Assembly (NCBI GenBank): GCA_951406725.2 | Contig: OX597833.1 | Span: 49,600,001-49,664,000, forward strand | Reading direction: 5' to 3' | Length of the DNA: 64,000 nt | Origin: Octopus vulgaris | Taxonomy: Eukaryota | In this document: in pieces, positions 1 through 12,624 of the stretch | How the letters are laid out: every line of letters starts with the position of its first letter | Position numbering within the stretch: position 1 is the stretch's first letter | Notes under the pieces: generated by a model | What the model was told of the DNA's origin: nothing | The model's input: only the letters and a program-made list of their open reading frames with translations | Database searches by the model: none | Made by a program: the position numbers and the translations under genes

Positions 1-68
1 AGAGGTTCACAGAGAAATAAGTAAAAATACCGTGAGATGTAGATGTATGATGACAGAAAGGCTATGGC

Positions 69-70
<2 letters not shown>

Positions 71-156
<86 letters not shown>

Positions 157-209
157 GATAGACAGACAGAGAAAGACAGAGAATGATACACTCACACGTA
201 TATATCTAT

Positions 210-241
<32 letters not shown>

Positions 242-357
242 GTAGAGAGAGAGAGAGAGAGAGAGAAAGAGATTACATATATATATATATATATATATAT
301 AGATTGGCAGACAGATATATATATAAATATATATACATATATTGATAGATAGATTAC

Positions 358-428
<71 letters not shown>

Positions 429-463
429 CATAGATAGATAGATATACAGATAAATAGATAGAG

Positions 464-494
<31 letters not shown>

Positions 495-495
495 G

Positions 496-551
<56 letters not shown>
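71..551. repeat. Compound (AG)n/(TA)n/(GATA)n microsatellite
   Basis: Directly visible; explains ORFs 7..582 and 354..608. Confidence 0.97.
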
Positions 552-806
552 TGGTAAAGTAATGTTCAGTAATAGGATACAATGGAGAGGGCGAGTGTTT
601 GCAAACACCAGTCGACTTAGAATTGCTTATCCGCTATTTTTCTTCCTATTTTGTGTTATTTGTTTGATAATCCGGATGTTTGTGTATTAAGGATGAATTC
701 TGAATAAAGATCTGTCAAAGCTTGAAGAGAGGAATTAGTAGCTGCAGGAGAATAAAATAATTGGAGAAAACCAATATAATAATGACAAACTGTCATCTTC
801 ATACTG

Positions 807-1003
807 GGTGATGGATTGACTAAGTTGTCAGAAGCACCGGATAAAACGCCTTGTGGTATATGATACGGCTCTTGAAATTCTGTTCAAATCCCAGTGAGGT
901 TAACTTTATCTTTTCCTTCCGGGGTCGATAAGATTTGATAAGTTAGGATCTCGGGTCAATTTAAAAGACCGACCCTTCACCGCTGAGTTTCTTGCTTTGT
1001 GTT
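807..1003 (+). mobile_element. Old diverged SINE family B-like copy
   Basis: Retains gttcaaatccc B-box and ccttccggggtcgataa core; otherwise degenerate. Confidence 0.6.
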
Positions 1004-1027
1004 TGTCGATATAATAATCTATAATAT

Positions 1028-1569
1028 TCTTTTCTACTGTAGGCACTGACCCCAGTATGCAACTGGTACTTACTTTATCGACCCCGAAAGGATGAAAGGC
1101 AAAGTCGACATCGTCAGAATTTGAACTCAGACCATAAAGACAGAAAAAATACCTATTCCTTTACTACCCACAAGGGGCTAAACACAGAAGGGACAAACAA
1201 GGACAGACAAACGGATCAAGTCGATTATATCGACCCAAGTGCGTAACTAGTACTTGATTTATCGACCCCGAAAGGATGAAAGACAAAGTCGACCTCAGCA
1301 GAATTTGAACTCAGAACGTAGCTGCAGACGAAATACCTATTTCTTTACTACCCACAAGGGGCTAAATACAGAGGGGACAAACAAGGATAGACAAACAGAT
1401 TAAGTCGATTATATCGACCCCAGTGCGTAGCTGGTACTTATTTAATCGACCCCGAAAGGATGAAAGGCAAAGTCGATCTCGGCGGAATTTGAACTCAGAA
1501 CAGAGCGGCAGACAAAATACCGCTAAGCATTTCGCCCGACGTGCTAACGTTTCTACCAGCTCGCCGCCT
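1028..1569 (-). mobile_element. tRNA-derived SINE family B, trimeric copy
   Basis: Head ggcggcgagctggtagaaacgttagcacg...gagttcaaattccgcc on minus strand; ~184-bp internal unit repeated; flanked by near-TSD aataa(t/g)ctataatat (1013-1027, 1573-1587). Confidence 0.9.
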
Positions 1570-1601
1570 TGCAATAAGCTATAATATCAATATGTACTTA
1601 G

Positions 1602-1727
1602 ACAGTGAGCTGGCAGAATCGCTAGCTCGCCGGGCAAAATGCTTAGTGGTATTTCGTCCGGCTTTACAATCTGCGATCAAATTCCGCGAAGGTCGACTTT
1701 ATCTTTCATTTTTTTTCGGGGTCGATA
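1602..1727 (+). mobile_element. SINE family B, 3'-incomplete copy
   Basis: gagctggcagaatcgctagc...tttcggggtcgata; head-to-head with the previous copy. Confidence 0.8.
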
Positions 1728-2104
1728 CTTCAGTGTAACGCTACTGTCCTATCGAGCCTTACTTTTTGTCAAATGAATTTCAGCTTTTTTTTTACATTTA
1801 TGAAGCAACGTATTGATTAATTACAGTTCAGGAGTTGCGGATTTTTTTTTTCGGTCCTGCTTTCGAAAGAATCCCGAACTAAGACCCTTTACTCTTACTC
1901 TTTTACTTGTTTCAGTCATTTGACTGTGGCCATGCTGGAGCACCGCCTTTAGTCGAGCAAATCGACCCCGGGACTAATTTTTTGTAAGCCCAGTATTTAT
2001 TCTATCGGGCTCTTTTGCCGAACCGGGGACGTGAACACACCATCATCGGTTGTCAAGCAAGCAATGCTAGTGGGACAAACACAGACACACAAACATTTAC
2101 ACAC

Positions 2105-2175
<71 letters not shown>

Positions 2176-2180
<5 letters not shown>

Positions 2181-2352
2181 TATATAGAAGGAGCTTTACA
2201 GGACTAGTACTGTTTCATTCCTGAAGATTTCTCTTGAATGAAACAGTACTAGTCCTGTAGAAGCTCCTTCTATATAATAAATTAATTTTACTCTGCTATG
2301 TATTGAGTACCTTACTTACTGTGGTTAACCCCGAATCAACCCGGGAACTACA
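2176..2352 (+). mobile_element. Short Penelope-like pLTR fragment with inverted 5' duplication
   Basis: 2176-2220 is the near-exact reverse complement of 2236-2281; contains a hammerhead-like core; sits in (TA)n; same sequence family at 41077-41149. Confidence 0.6.
2218..2262 (+). ncRNA. Putative type I hammerhead ribozyme (imperfect stem II)
   Basis: ttc-CTGAAGA-t ttc tctt gaa t-GAAA-cag tactagtc ctg-TA-gaa. Confidence 0.5.
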
Positions 2353-2786
2353 TATATATATATATATATATATATACGACAGACTTTCAAATCCACTCAC
2401 GAGGCATTGGTCGGTCCGAGGCTATAACAGAAGACACCTGCCCAAGGTGCCACGCAGTGGGACTGAACCCGGAACCATGTGGTTGGTAAGCAAGCTACTT
2501 ACCACACAGTCACTCCTGCGCCTATGAAAAATAAAAAAAAAATTAACAGTTACATCCCATTTACTGTAACAACCGAAGACTTCAGTCCAGACAAGGCCCC
2601 AGTAATCACAAGCATACTAACATACATTACATCTCGTTTTCTTTTCGGGTGTATCATATTCAGTACTGGTTTTATTTTTTGAAGACGGTGTGTTTGTATT
2701 TAAAGGAAGAATATACTATAGTAATTTACTGGTCGAACGACGATATGGAGGCTTTTACATCTCGATCTGGAGTATTCCGGGACTGT

Positions 2787-2841
2787 ATGATGATGATGAT
2801 GATGATGCTGCTGCTGCTGCTGCTGATGATGATGATAATGG

Positions 2842-2877
<36 letters not shown>

Positions 2878-2914
2878 GGGTGATGATGATGAGGATGATG
2901 ATGACGACGACGAC

Positions 2915-2957
<43 letters not shown>

Positions 2958-2979
2958 GTGATGATGATGATGGTGGTGG

Positions 2980-3075
<96 letters not shown>

Positions 3076-3124
3076 CGATGACGACGACGACGACGACGAT
3101 GATGATGATGATGATGATGATGAT

Positions 3125-3157
<33 letters not shown>
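2787..3157. repeat. Compound trinucleotide repeat (GAT/GAC/GGT/CAG)n
   Basis: Directly visible; poly-D/M/H/S ORFs in all frames are artefacts. Confidence 0.95.
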
Positions 3158-3158
<1 letters not shown>

Positions 3159-3604
3159 CACAAACCGCAAATTTTTATTCTTTTGCTGAGATACAAATCT
3201 TCAATCCTGTGTTTTTAAATCCATTTCTTGTTGTGCCTTTTGTAATTTCGTTCTTTGAGATGGCGTCTGTAAGCATTCAGCAGAATCCACAACTTCATCA
3301 CTTATCTCTCTCTCCCTATTCAGTATCAATTTACTCGAGCTGAAAGTCATAATTACTCATTCCATTAAATTCATCTGCTTGTTCTACCTCTTTACGAATT
3401 CATCCAACCAGATACAATTCTCCACAATCTCTCCCCTGTTTTTTTTTTGTTTGTTTTTTTTTTTCACTGGGGTTAGCCATCTTATTTTCACTGTCTCCAA
3501 AGTCGCCATCACTGATAAATTAAATGTATACAAATCTCAGACAAAAATGTTGGTACAGAGGTAACACAATTTACCAAAACTACTTGTTTTTCTGCTAGAT
3601 ATAT

Positions 3605-4138
3605 TCTTTTACTCTTTACTCTTTTACTTGTTTCAATCATATGACTGTGGCCATGCTGGAGCACCGCCTTTAGTCGAGCAAATCAACCCCATGATTTATT
3701 CTTTGGAAGCCTAGTAAGTACTAGGCTTCCAAGAGACCAATAGATGTGGCCATGCTGGAGCACCGCCTTTAGTAAGTACTAGGCTTCCAAAGAATAAGTC
3801 CTGGGATCGATTTGTTCGACTAAAGGCGGTGCTCCAGCATGGCCACATCTATCGGTCTATTTTGCCGAACCGCTAAGTTACGGTGACGTAAACACACCAG
3901 CATCGGTTGTCAAGCGATGTTGGGGAGACAAGCACAGACACACAAACACACAAACACACACACACACACACACATGCATATATACATATACATACATATA
4001 TACGACGGGCTTCTTTCAGTTTCCGTCTACCAAATCCACTCACAAGGCTTTGGTCGGTTCGAGGCTATAGTAGTGGGACTGAACCCAGAACCATGTGGTT
4101 GGTAAGCAAGCTACTTACCACTCAGCCACTCCTACTCC
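3605..4138 (-). mobile_element. SINE family A with internal inverted rearrangements
   Basis: Consensus head and tail; 3716-3850 consists of flipped and duplicated pieces of the 3' domain. Confidence 0.88.
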
Positions 4139-4707
4139 TATGCCGACATTTTAAATAACATCGACCCTTACCTCAAAAACAAAATGTCTTTAACAAACTT
4201 TCTCTGTCCGCCCACATCAAACTTCCTTATTACTTTCTAATTAAGGCATCACACTACATAACATCGCATGCCACTATCTAACAATGCCCATGAAATATTT
4301 GGCGCTTAAAACAAATTAAGAGTTTGGTGCCTACTACATTTAGAAGCAAAAGTATTTGACTTTCAAGCCGTCCGAGACAGCCAGACAAGTGACTAAAAGA
4401 AACCCCTTCCGCTATTACATAGTCTTCTTTAGTTAAATTTCAAAAGTTCACCCAGAGCAACCAATGGATTCTAGAACTGTGAGTTTACGAAGTCATTTCA
4501 TGTTTAGTCACAATAACGTTGCATCAGTGCAGAGCGAGAAAGAACATTGTCTACAACTCAAGCAAATTAAAGCTATTGCCTGTATTTCAATGACTAAAAA
4601 TGCATATATAGTGTCACAATATGCAATGAAAATTGCAGAAGGTTCTTTTGGATCTTTGCAATGTAGGATTCTATGAACTTTCCAGAATCCTCCTAGATAC
4701 ATTTCAT

Positions 4708-4924
4708 TCGATGGTGTGCTGAAAGTTCTTGGCTGTAAGGATGTCATGAAAGATTTGGTTGGAGGCCTAGTCTTCCTAGTTCTTTTACAGGACTGAGAAA
4801 AACTGAAGGACAGCTGCAATAAGTGCGAATCTAAGAGGGGAATATGTTGAATAAAGTTATAATTAACTGATCCTCTAGTAGTTTCTTTTATTCAGAGCCA
4901 GGAACTTTTCCTCACCCCTACGTA
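4708..4924 (+). mobile_element. mariner-derived MITE / internally deleted element
   Basis: Imperfect TIRs cgatggtgtgctgaaagttcttggct / agccaggaacttttcctcacccctacgta; internal frameshifted transposase C-terminus (KLKDSCNKC..NLRGEYVE*). Confidence 0.75.
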
Positions 4925-7157
4925 GTCAAAGAAGGCAGTTTAACTCAACCCCAACTATCTCATTAACAAATAAACACTGTTATTTTGTACAAAACCTTTC
5001 TATTCACTTGTACAACATCACTGCCAGGCACGATTGTGATGCTTGAAATTTAGATATATTCGGAGACCTACAATGCAAAAATTCTGTGAAGTTATATAGC
5101 CCTGGTGTGGTTCCCGATATCAATTCAAAAGTCACCATTCTTTTAAACTTAACCTAAATTTCTTGCTCAACTCTGTAGAACGTTTCTATCATATCGTTTC
5201 GTTTCTAATATTGCTATATATAGTTTGATTTTAAAATCATTCTTCTTTAACTTGACCTTCCAGCACTACATATACATTACCATATTCTTATTGTAGATAC
5301 AGGCCTCTCAATCATTCTTCACGATGCATGCATTTTTAGAGAAAATATTGAATCATTTTTATGTTTCTTATTTTTGACCGCGTTCACCTTATTCCTAATC
5401 CTTTCACCTCTTCTCCTTCACACAGATACTCAAATACATACATATTTACACAGACACACACACACACCTTACCATACATATTTTTACCTCTATTTTCAAA
5501 CGTTCAATATTCTATATTCCATTTACCTATTCATATTTTCTTTTACGTATTTTCTTTCTCTCTTTCTCCATTGTCCTATTCTTTACTTACTTTTTTTCCT
5601 CCCCAACATTCAATCTCGGTTTCACATTATCGTCTTTTCTCTTTTCTGATCTATTATTCCATATTTCTTTTCTTTTCTGCTTTTTTTTTTTTTTTATTAT
5701 TTCTCCCACACTTCTCTGTTTCGTTTCGTTATTCGTCTTTCTCCCATTTATTTCTTTAGTTTGCCCTTTTCAACCATTCTTCCATTTTCAATCTCCATTT
5801 TCGTCCTTTTATTTGCTAAGATCATCGAGAATATTTAGATTTCTCTTATGAACTCAATCGACCAGCGAAATAAGCAATAAGCAATATCAGTTTCCCGTAG
5901 CATTCACTAAGCTTAGAAGTGCCTGTGGCATGTTTAGGATCGTAAACTTCTCAGCAAAGTAGATAGGAAGACAACAACACTTATTAATAACAGATATATC
6001 AAAGATACAGGCTTAGAAGAAATATATGTCATCATCAATATGTCTTGCGTCTATTTACTGAATTTTTTATGAACACTTCTAATAGTGGTTCGGTATTACG
6101 AAGCTTTTAATAACCAGAAATTTATAATTGCATTTTTATATTGGCAGAGTTTGCTTCAGCGAAGGCTTAACTCAAATTTCATTTGTATTCTTTATTCTTC
6201 TGTCAAAGTTCATATTTATCTATAATGATTGTTTATTACTCTACCGTCCCTATTCTTGCTTTCCATTACTATAATGCATAAAAATTCGGAATAAAAATTG
6301 ATTTTTAAGAATTTCCCCACCAAATAAGGATTTGGAGTTTTCTTTCACAGAACACATTCCGACGCCATTTGTCTGTTTCTTCAGTATTTTGGCTTTTTTT
6401 CTTTTATTAAATTCATTTCTTTCCTTTACAATGTGTTTTACGATTTTCTTACGCTTATAAGCTTTAGTAAACTGATTTATATTTTCTGACAAGTTGATAT
6501 ACTGTTGTAAGCAACATATCTTTCCAAATTAAATAGCTAATACAGCAAAATTCAGAAATAAAATGTCCGATGCCAAATAACCAACACATGAACATTTTTT
6601 TGTCGAGTTATTTGCAATATCTGAATCGAAAAATGTGAGAAGAGAATCGATATAGAATTTCACTATTTATTGCAGGCCACCAACTGTATTAACAATTTAC
6701 AGCTGGCAGGACTGAAAACGATTTCAATTTAAGCTTCTTTGATAATTTAGAAACAAAAATAAATTAGGAATTTGATGAATTTTAATCAGAAACCACATTG
6801 AGTTTTGTTTGTTTTTGTATTTGTGAGACTGAAACAAAAATAAAGTAGTTCATACAACCTTTGGGTTGTTACACGGAGTAGATATATTTCGGTGAATTAT
6901 TTAGTAAGTATTGTTAGTTTCACATACAGTTATACTGAACGAGAAGAAGAAAGAGGTGAAACCTCAAAGAGGAGTATGACAAGAGTAGCAATAGAGTGAG
7001 AACTTCACGAATGGAGTTGTTGGCAGATAGACATATAGAAAAAAATGGTGCTTAACAGTGTTATAGTAGTTGAATATTATTTATAAATGAAGATATTTTT
7101 GCAAAAAGAGCAGTACTTCTGTGATACAGAATAGAATATATATGTATCTGTGTCTTT

Positions 7158-7314
7158 CTCTATGTATGTATGTATGTATGCATGTATGTATGTATGTATG
7201 TATGTATGTATGTATGTATGTATGTATGTATGTATGTATGTATGTACGCATACATGCATGTATGCTTGTATGCATGTATGTATGTATGTATGTAAGTTTA
7301 TATTTAATTACATG

Positions 7315-7357
<43 letters not shown>

Positions 7358-7518
7358 TCTATCTACTATCTTTCTCTCTATATATATATCTGTGTGTGTA
7401 TGTGTGTGTATGTGTGTGCCTGTCTGTGTATGTATATATGCGTGTATGTGTGTGTGTGTGTATGTGTATGCATGTATGCGTGTATGCGCGTGTGTGTGTA
7501 TGTGTGTGCGTGTGTATG

Positions 7519-7575
<57 letters not shown>
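7158..7575. repeat. (TATG)n/(TA)n/(TG)n compound microsatellite
   Basis: Directly visible. Confidence 0.95.
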
Positions 7576-7812
7576 ATATGTATCTGTATATATTGGTGTG
7601 TGTTAAAAAACGGTATAGCCGAACAGGTATATCCTGCAGCTTTATCGTCTGATTGAATTATCACTACCCATATCAATGAAATAAATTCTAGATAAAGCTA
7701 CCAGACAAAAACACCTTTTTTGCTAAGATATAATAAAACAAAAACCGTTCAATGCTATGCTCCAAATTATTCGTAGATCAGTAAACAAAACTAATGAAGC
7801 TAGATGAATATT

Positions 7813-8449
7813 CTTTTCTACTCTAGGCACAAGACCCAAAATTTTGGGGGAGGGAGGCCAGTCATCCCAATACGCAACTAGTATTTAATTTATCAACCCC
7901 GAAAGGATGAAAAGCAAAAAAAAAAAAAAAAATTGAGGCGCAGGAGTGGCTGTGTGGTAAGTAGCTTGTTTACCAACCACATGGTTCCGGGTTCAGTCCC
8001 ACTGCGTGGCACCTTGGGCAAGCGTCTTCTACTATAGCCTCGGGGTGACCAAAGCCTTGTGAGTGGACTTGGTAGACGGAAACTGAAAGAAGCCCGTCGT
8101 ATATGTGTATATATGTATATATGTGTATGTATATATATATATATGTGCGTGTGTGTGTTTGTGTTTGTACCCCTAGCATTGCTTGACAACCGATGCTGGT
8201 GTGTTTATGTCCCCGTCACTTAGCGGTTCGGCAAAAGAGACCGATAGAATAAGTACTGGGCTTACAAAAGAATAAGTCCCAGGGTCGAGTTGCTCGATTA
8301 AAGGTGGTGCTCCAGCATGGCCGCAGTCAAATGACTGAAACAAGTAAAAGAGAGACCGCGGAGGAATTTGAACTCAGAGCGTGAGGACAGACGAAATACC
8401 ACTAAGTATTTTGCCTGGCGCGCTAACATTTCTGCCAGCTCACCGACTT
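7813..8449 (-). mobile_element. SINE family B split by a nested family A copy
   Basis: Tail 7813-7915, head 8355-8449; near-TSD aagcta(g/a)at(g/t)aatatt at 7797-7812 and 8450-8465. Confidence 0.8.
7937..8352 (+). mobile_element. SINE family A, full length
   Basis: ggcgcaggagtggctgtgtggtaag head, B-box ggttcagtccc, internal TA/TG tract, gactgaaacaagtaaaagag tail. Confidence 0.93.
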
Positions 8450-8557
8450 AAGCTAAATTAATATTATTCCTTGAGTATAGTGAGGATTAAGCGACTACAA
8501 ATGATAAGCAGAAACGGTACAATACTTCAACTATGGATAATATTTTTCTACACATAG

Positions 8558-8768
8558 CAGCGTGATGGGAGAATCGTTAACTCGACAGGTGAAATACGTA
8601 ACAGCTATTGAGTCCGTCATTACATTGTGAGTTCAAATTCCGCGGAGGTCGTTTTGGTCTTTCAACTTTTCAAGATCGATAAGATAAGTAGCAGCCGAGA
8701 ACTGGAGTCGATGTAGTCGACTTACCAACTCGCCTGAAGTTGCATGCCTTGTTACAAAATTTGAAACC
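8558..8768 (+). mobile_element. SINE family B, diverged
   Basis: gagttcaaattccgcggaggtcg; tail gccttgttacaaaatttgaaacc. Confidence 0.78.
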
Positions 8769-8777
8769 AGTGGCTAA

Positions 8778-9209
8778 TCTCTCTATATATAAACGGCAGT
8801 TTGTCTGTCTGTGTGTCTGTCAGGTTGTACCCTCACCCTGACCACGGCTTTCAACTGATTCTTATGAAACTTGACACACACATAGCCCAATGTCATAATT
8901 CAAAACTAACGCAGCGACAATTTTGAAAAGTTCTCCCAGTTCTGAAAAAAATCAATAAATTCGACATGGGGTCAAGAATCTAAGCTTTTTATATGCAACA
9001 CATTTTCTGTCTAGGGGACACAACTCGACCTTTTTATCGCCCAAAGGGACAGCTAGGAACATCGTATACACAGAAGTATTCGAGTGAAGAGAAGACATTG
9101 CAACCTACACATGCGCCTTCGTTCCCTAGAGGGAAAGGACTAGATTGGGATTAGTCGTTGCCTACTTGGGGCTCTTACATACCCGGGCAACGCCGGGCTA
9201 TGCTGCTAG
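8778..9209 (+). mobile_element. Non-autonomous Helitron
   Basis: 5' TC, 3' GC hairpin cccgggcaacgccggg followed by CTAG, inserted between A and T without a TSD; homologous copy at 43486-43854. Confidence 0.88.
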
Positions 9210-9295
9210 TATATACATAAAAATCATTTAAGTCATAATCGTCACAGCTATTTTCCTCAGTAATTTCAGGGTAATATGGTTAAGACAGACTATAT

Positions 9296-9808
9296 ATGGT
9301 GCCTTTGACCCTCTTTTTCTCTCTCTCTTTGATTCCTTTGCCCCCTTTTTTTTCTCTCTCTTCTCTCACGTGACCGCCGGTCAACTAGCCTTTCGGCTTC
9401 TGACCACCGCCACGAGAACATCGATATCTTCGTCTGCCGTAAGGCATTATTTTCCGAATACGCCAGCTAAGCTAAGTTGAACTGTCTAAATTCGTAAGAC
9501 ACCCGCTGTTTTTGTCCTGTTATTACTATTATTGTTTTTTTGTATTTATATTGCGTGGCATCGTCCATTTTTCTGTCCTTGTTTCGTATACATTCGATCC
9601 TTTTACCAAGAAATCTAATGCTCGTAGCTTAGTTTTTCGTTGGGGCTGGCCGGATCGGAGCGATCTCAAGATTAATCAGCCAAAATTGCGAGGATGATCC
9701 GGTTCTTGACTGAAGATTAGAGGCTTCGAATGACCCGTCCGTTTTTTGTGTCGTCTATTTGAGTGTTTTGCGTTCTTGTCCCATTTTGTATTTTTATATA
9801 TATTTTTT

Positions 9809-9810
<2 letters not shown>
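9296..9810. repeat. Unclassified putative interspersed repeat between TA tracts
   Basis: CpG-rich block bounded by tatatat; no coding motif; single copy in this window. Confidence 0.35.
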
Positions 9811-9849
<39 letters not shown>

Positions 9850-9920
9850 TACACAAATTTGTGCTTATGCAAATATACGCACATACACACACACACACAT
9901 ATTATACATATTACATTCAT

Positions 9921-10059
9921 ACATGACACGCTTCTTTCAGTTTCCGTCTTCCAAATCCACTCAGAAGGTGAAAGTAGAAGAATCTTGCTCCCAAACCAAG
10001 AAGCCATGCAGTTGTACTGAACCCAGAACAACGTGTTGGGAAGCAAATGTCTTACCACA
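9921..10059 (-). mobile_element. Degenerate SINE family A 5' half
   Basis: cttctttcagtttccgtcttccaaatccactca...actgaacccagaac. Confidence 0.7.
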
Positions 10060-10060
10060 A

Positions 10061-10164
<104 letters not shown>

Positions 10165-10810
10165 CACGCCTCCTTCCTTCAAACGGGAAGGAAGAGCTAT
10201 TTTTATCATACGTGTGGCTATGGCGAAAGAATGTATCTGGTGGACGCGCCTGAAAGGATTAGAGACAAACACTTTCCTCTCTGGTCAATCTCTCATCAAC
10301 TTCTTCAAGTATCACTTGAAGAGGAAAGTGAGAGTAGAGAGGCAAGTTTTGTCTAGTGAATGTTTTAAAAAGAGATGGGTGAATGTAGCAAGGATGGCAC
10401 GTATGAATGACGAAGCCACCTTGACTATGATTCTATGAACCGTAAAAAATAATACAGAGAGTTGCTTATTTGCAAAAAAAAAAAAAAAAGAAATATAACA
10501 TGTGACTTCATTGACCGAGGTTACCGTGGTCTTTTCCGTAGGCTTTTCTTTCCACGGGTAAACCTCACCTGTCCTCCCATTTACACTTCATATTGACTTT
10601 TCTGTGATTACGATCCCTATTGATCAACTTTTTTTCCTCTCCTCTTTTCTTCCCCCTTTTTTTAAAATCCTCCCCTTTTTTGTCCTCTTTCTTTCCTTTT
10701 ACGATCCCTTTTGATCGAAAACCAACCCCCTTTTTTTTACCCCCAAAAGAAAAGCTCTACCTTGTAATTTGTTCTGTCTGTGTGCAGCCCTGTGTCGCTA
10801 ATAAAGAAAC
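10165..10810 (+). mobile_element. 3' fragment of a non-LTR retrotransposon, probably Tx1/L1 clade, in (TCTA)n
   Basis: Open frame to 10438 with AMAKECIWWTR...FKKRW (resembles the L1/Tx1 ORF2 C-terminus), pyrimidine-rich 3' UTR ending aataaagaaac, (TCTA)n on both sides. Confidence 0.6.
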
Positions 10811-10854
10811 ATATCTATATATCTATCTATCTACCTACCTACCTACCTACCTAC

Positions 10855-10904
<50 letters not shown>

Positions 10905-11408
10905 GTTTATCTGTCTACCAGCTTGTCTTCGTGTATATTTATATATATATATATATATATGTATACCCAATAATAACTAGGTTAATATAGGATACATTAA
11001 TGAATAAATATAATCCAAATTCTTAAACCCTCTTATTTCAGATTTTTACATTCTACTCGTTACTTTGTTTCCAAGCACTCATTCATCTCAGCTCATTAGA
11101 CAAACGGAAACTTTCTCCAACCAATTATAAATAGTTTTAAGAGTTTTGTAAAGATTTCGTATTATTTCGAAATGGAGACTCTAATATTTCAACGATGCGC
11201 TGAAAATAAGAGAAATTCATACATTCCTGCGAGTGTTCGCTCACTAATTTAGCAGTTTGAAGGGGAAGGAAGGATTCTTTAATTGTCTTTCAGATGGAAA
11301 ATTAACTCAAAACCTACGTGATTATCTTCTATCATAAATCATTCTGTCAGCTTAGAACCTGATTCTAGCAACGTATTAAATTTAGTAATGAACGTTGTTA
11401 TTCTTGCT

Positions 11409-11411
<3 letters not shown>

Positions 11412-11476
<65 letters not shown>

Positions 11477-11608
11477 ACATACATGCGTAGATACAGATAT
11501 ACATACATATATAAATGCATACACAAATACATATATATATATGTACATCTATATACATATATATATATATACATATATATATACATATGCATACATATAT
11601 ATATATAC

Positions 11609-11664
<56 letters not shown>

Positions 11665-11750
11665 CTTATGTACAAATGTATATATATATGTGTGTGTGTA
11701 TATATATATATATGTATATATATATGCATTTATATATACATATATGTATA
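11412..11750. repeat. (CA)n/(TA)n compound microsatellite
   Basis: Directly visible. Confidence 0.95.
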
Positions 11751-11856
11751 TTACATGCGTCTGTATATATATGATATTTATATTGTATTTGAGAGATGGT
11801 TATCTTTTGCCAATAAAAGCTTAATGACGGTGATGATGATGATGATGATGATGATG

Positions 11857-11890
<34 letters not shown>

Positions 11891-11898
11891 GTCTACGT

Positions 11899-11936
11899 GA
11901 GATCTTTTGTTTCACATTCTTTGACCTCTTCAGTGA
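11899..11936 (-). ncRNA. Degenerate hammerhead motif (homolog of 51775-51814)
   Basis: Minus strand tca-CTGAAGA-ggtcaaagaatgtgaaac-AAAA-gatc-TC; GAAA box mutated and stem I lost. Confidence 0.4.
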
Positions 11937-12624
11937 CTTTCTCTCCTTCGTGTCTCCTCTTGTCCTGTCTATTCAATTATTTATATGCATTAATAGAAAG
12001 ATAGATACATATATACATTTACATATATATATATATATATATATGCATACACACACACATGTATATAATTTGTTTCATTATTTTGTTAATATAACCCAAA
12101 TAACAAAACTATTCATTCTAATATTCAAATCAAATTAATTTAGTATTAGTTAATATTCGTTATACTGATACAGATGTTAACATTATTATAATGATAACGG
12201 TGTCCTGGGTTATGTTGTTAACATGACAGCAAAATTGGCGAGTTACTTTTTTCTCCACTATTAAGGGCCTTCATAAATTTTCCCTCTATAATTTGAAGCT
12301 TTTATATCTACGAATTGTTGTACAGAGTTAAGAACAGTTCCTAGAATAAGATACATTTTACGATATTCAAACTCGTATTTAAATGTCTGACTTCAGTTTA
12401 TGTGAGACTTGTCTTTGACCGGTAGAAGTACTCCATTTAAGTGCCAGTGAAATATTTGCCGTTGTTTACAACCACTCAATTTTATCAAAACAAAATAAAT
12501 CATAAGTCTGTGTGTCTCCTCATCTGACTAAAAGAAAGCTGGGGGAAAGGACATGCGGGAATTTATATGGAACAAACATCACCCGAATCATTATTTTCTT
12601 ATGTATCCTATCATTGTTAGTATA

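Larger units (their letters stand above)
1887..2522 (-). mobile_element. tRNA-derived SINE family A, interrupted in its internal (TA)n
   Basis: A-box/B-box head (ggttcagtccc) at right, gactgaaacaagtaaaagag tail at left, foreign insert at 2176-2352. Confidence 0.9.

Noticed and set aside
6334-6387. Hammerhead-like CTGAAGA...GAAA..TC on the minus strand
   Set aside because: Stem II pairs but there is no stem I complementarity; likely chance.
7937-8010. tRNA genes at SINE heads
   Set aside because: A and B boxes are present, but each continues into a SINE body and lacks a clean cloverleaf.
7893-8189. Recurrent ORFs reading RRASFSFRLP...GTEPGTMW or DGLLSVSVYQIHSQ
   Set aside because: Antisense translation of SINE A, not a gene family.
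9707-9740. ctgaaga...cgaat hammerhead-like motif
   Set aside because: GAAA box is absent and the stems are unconvincing.
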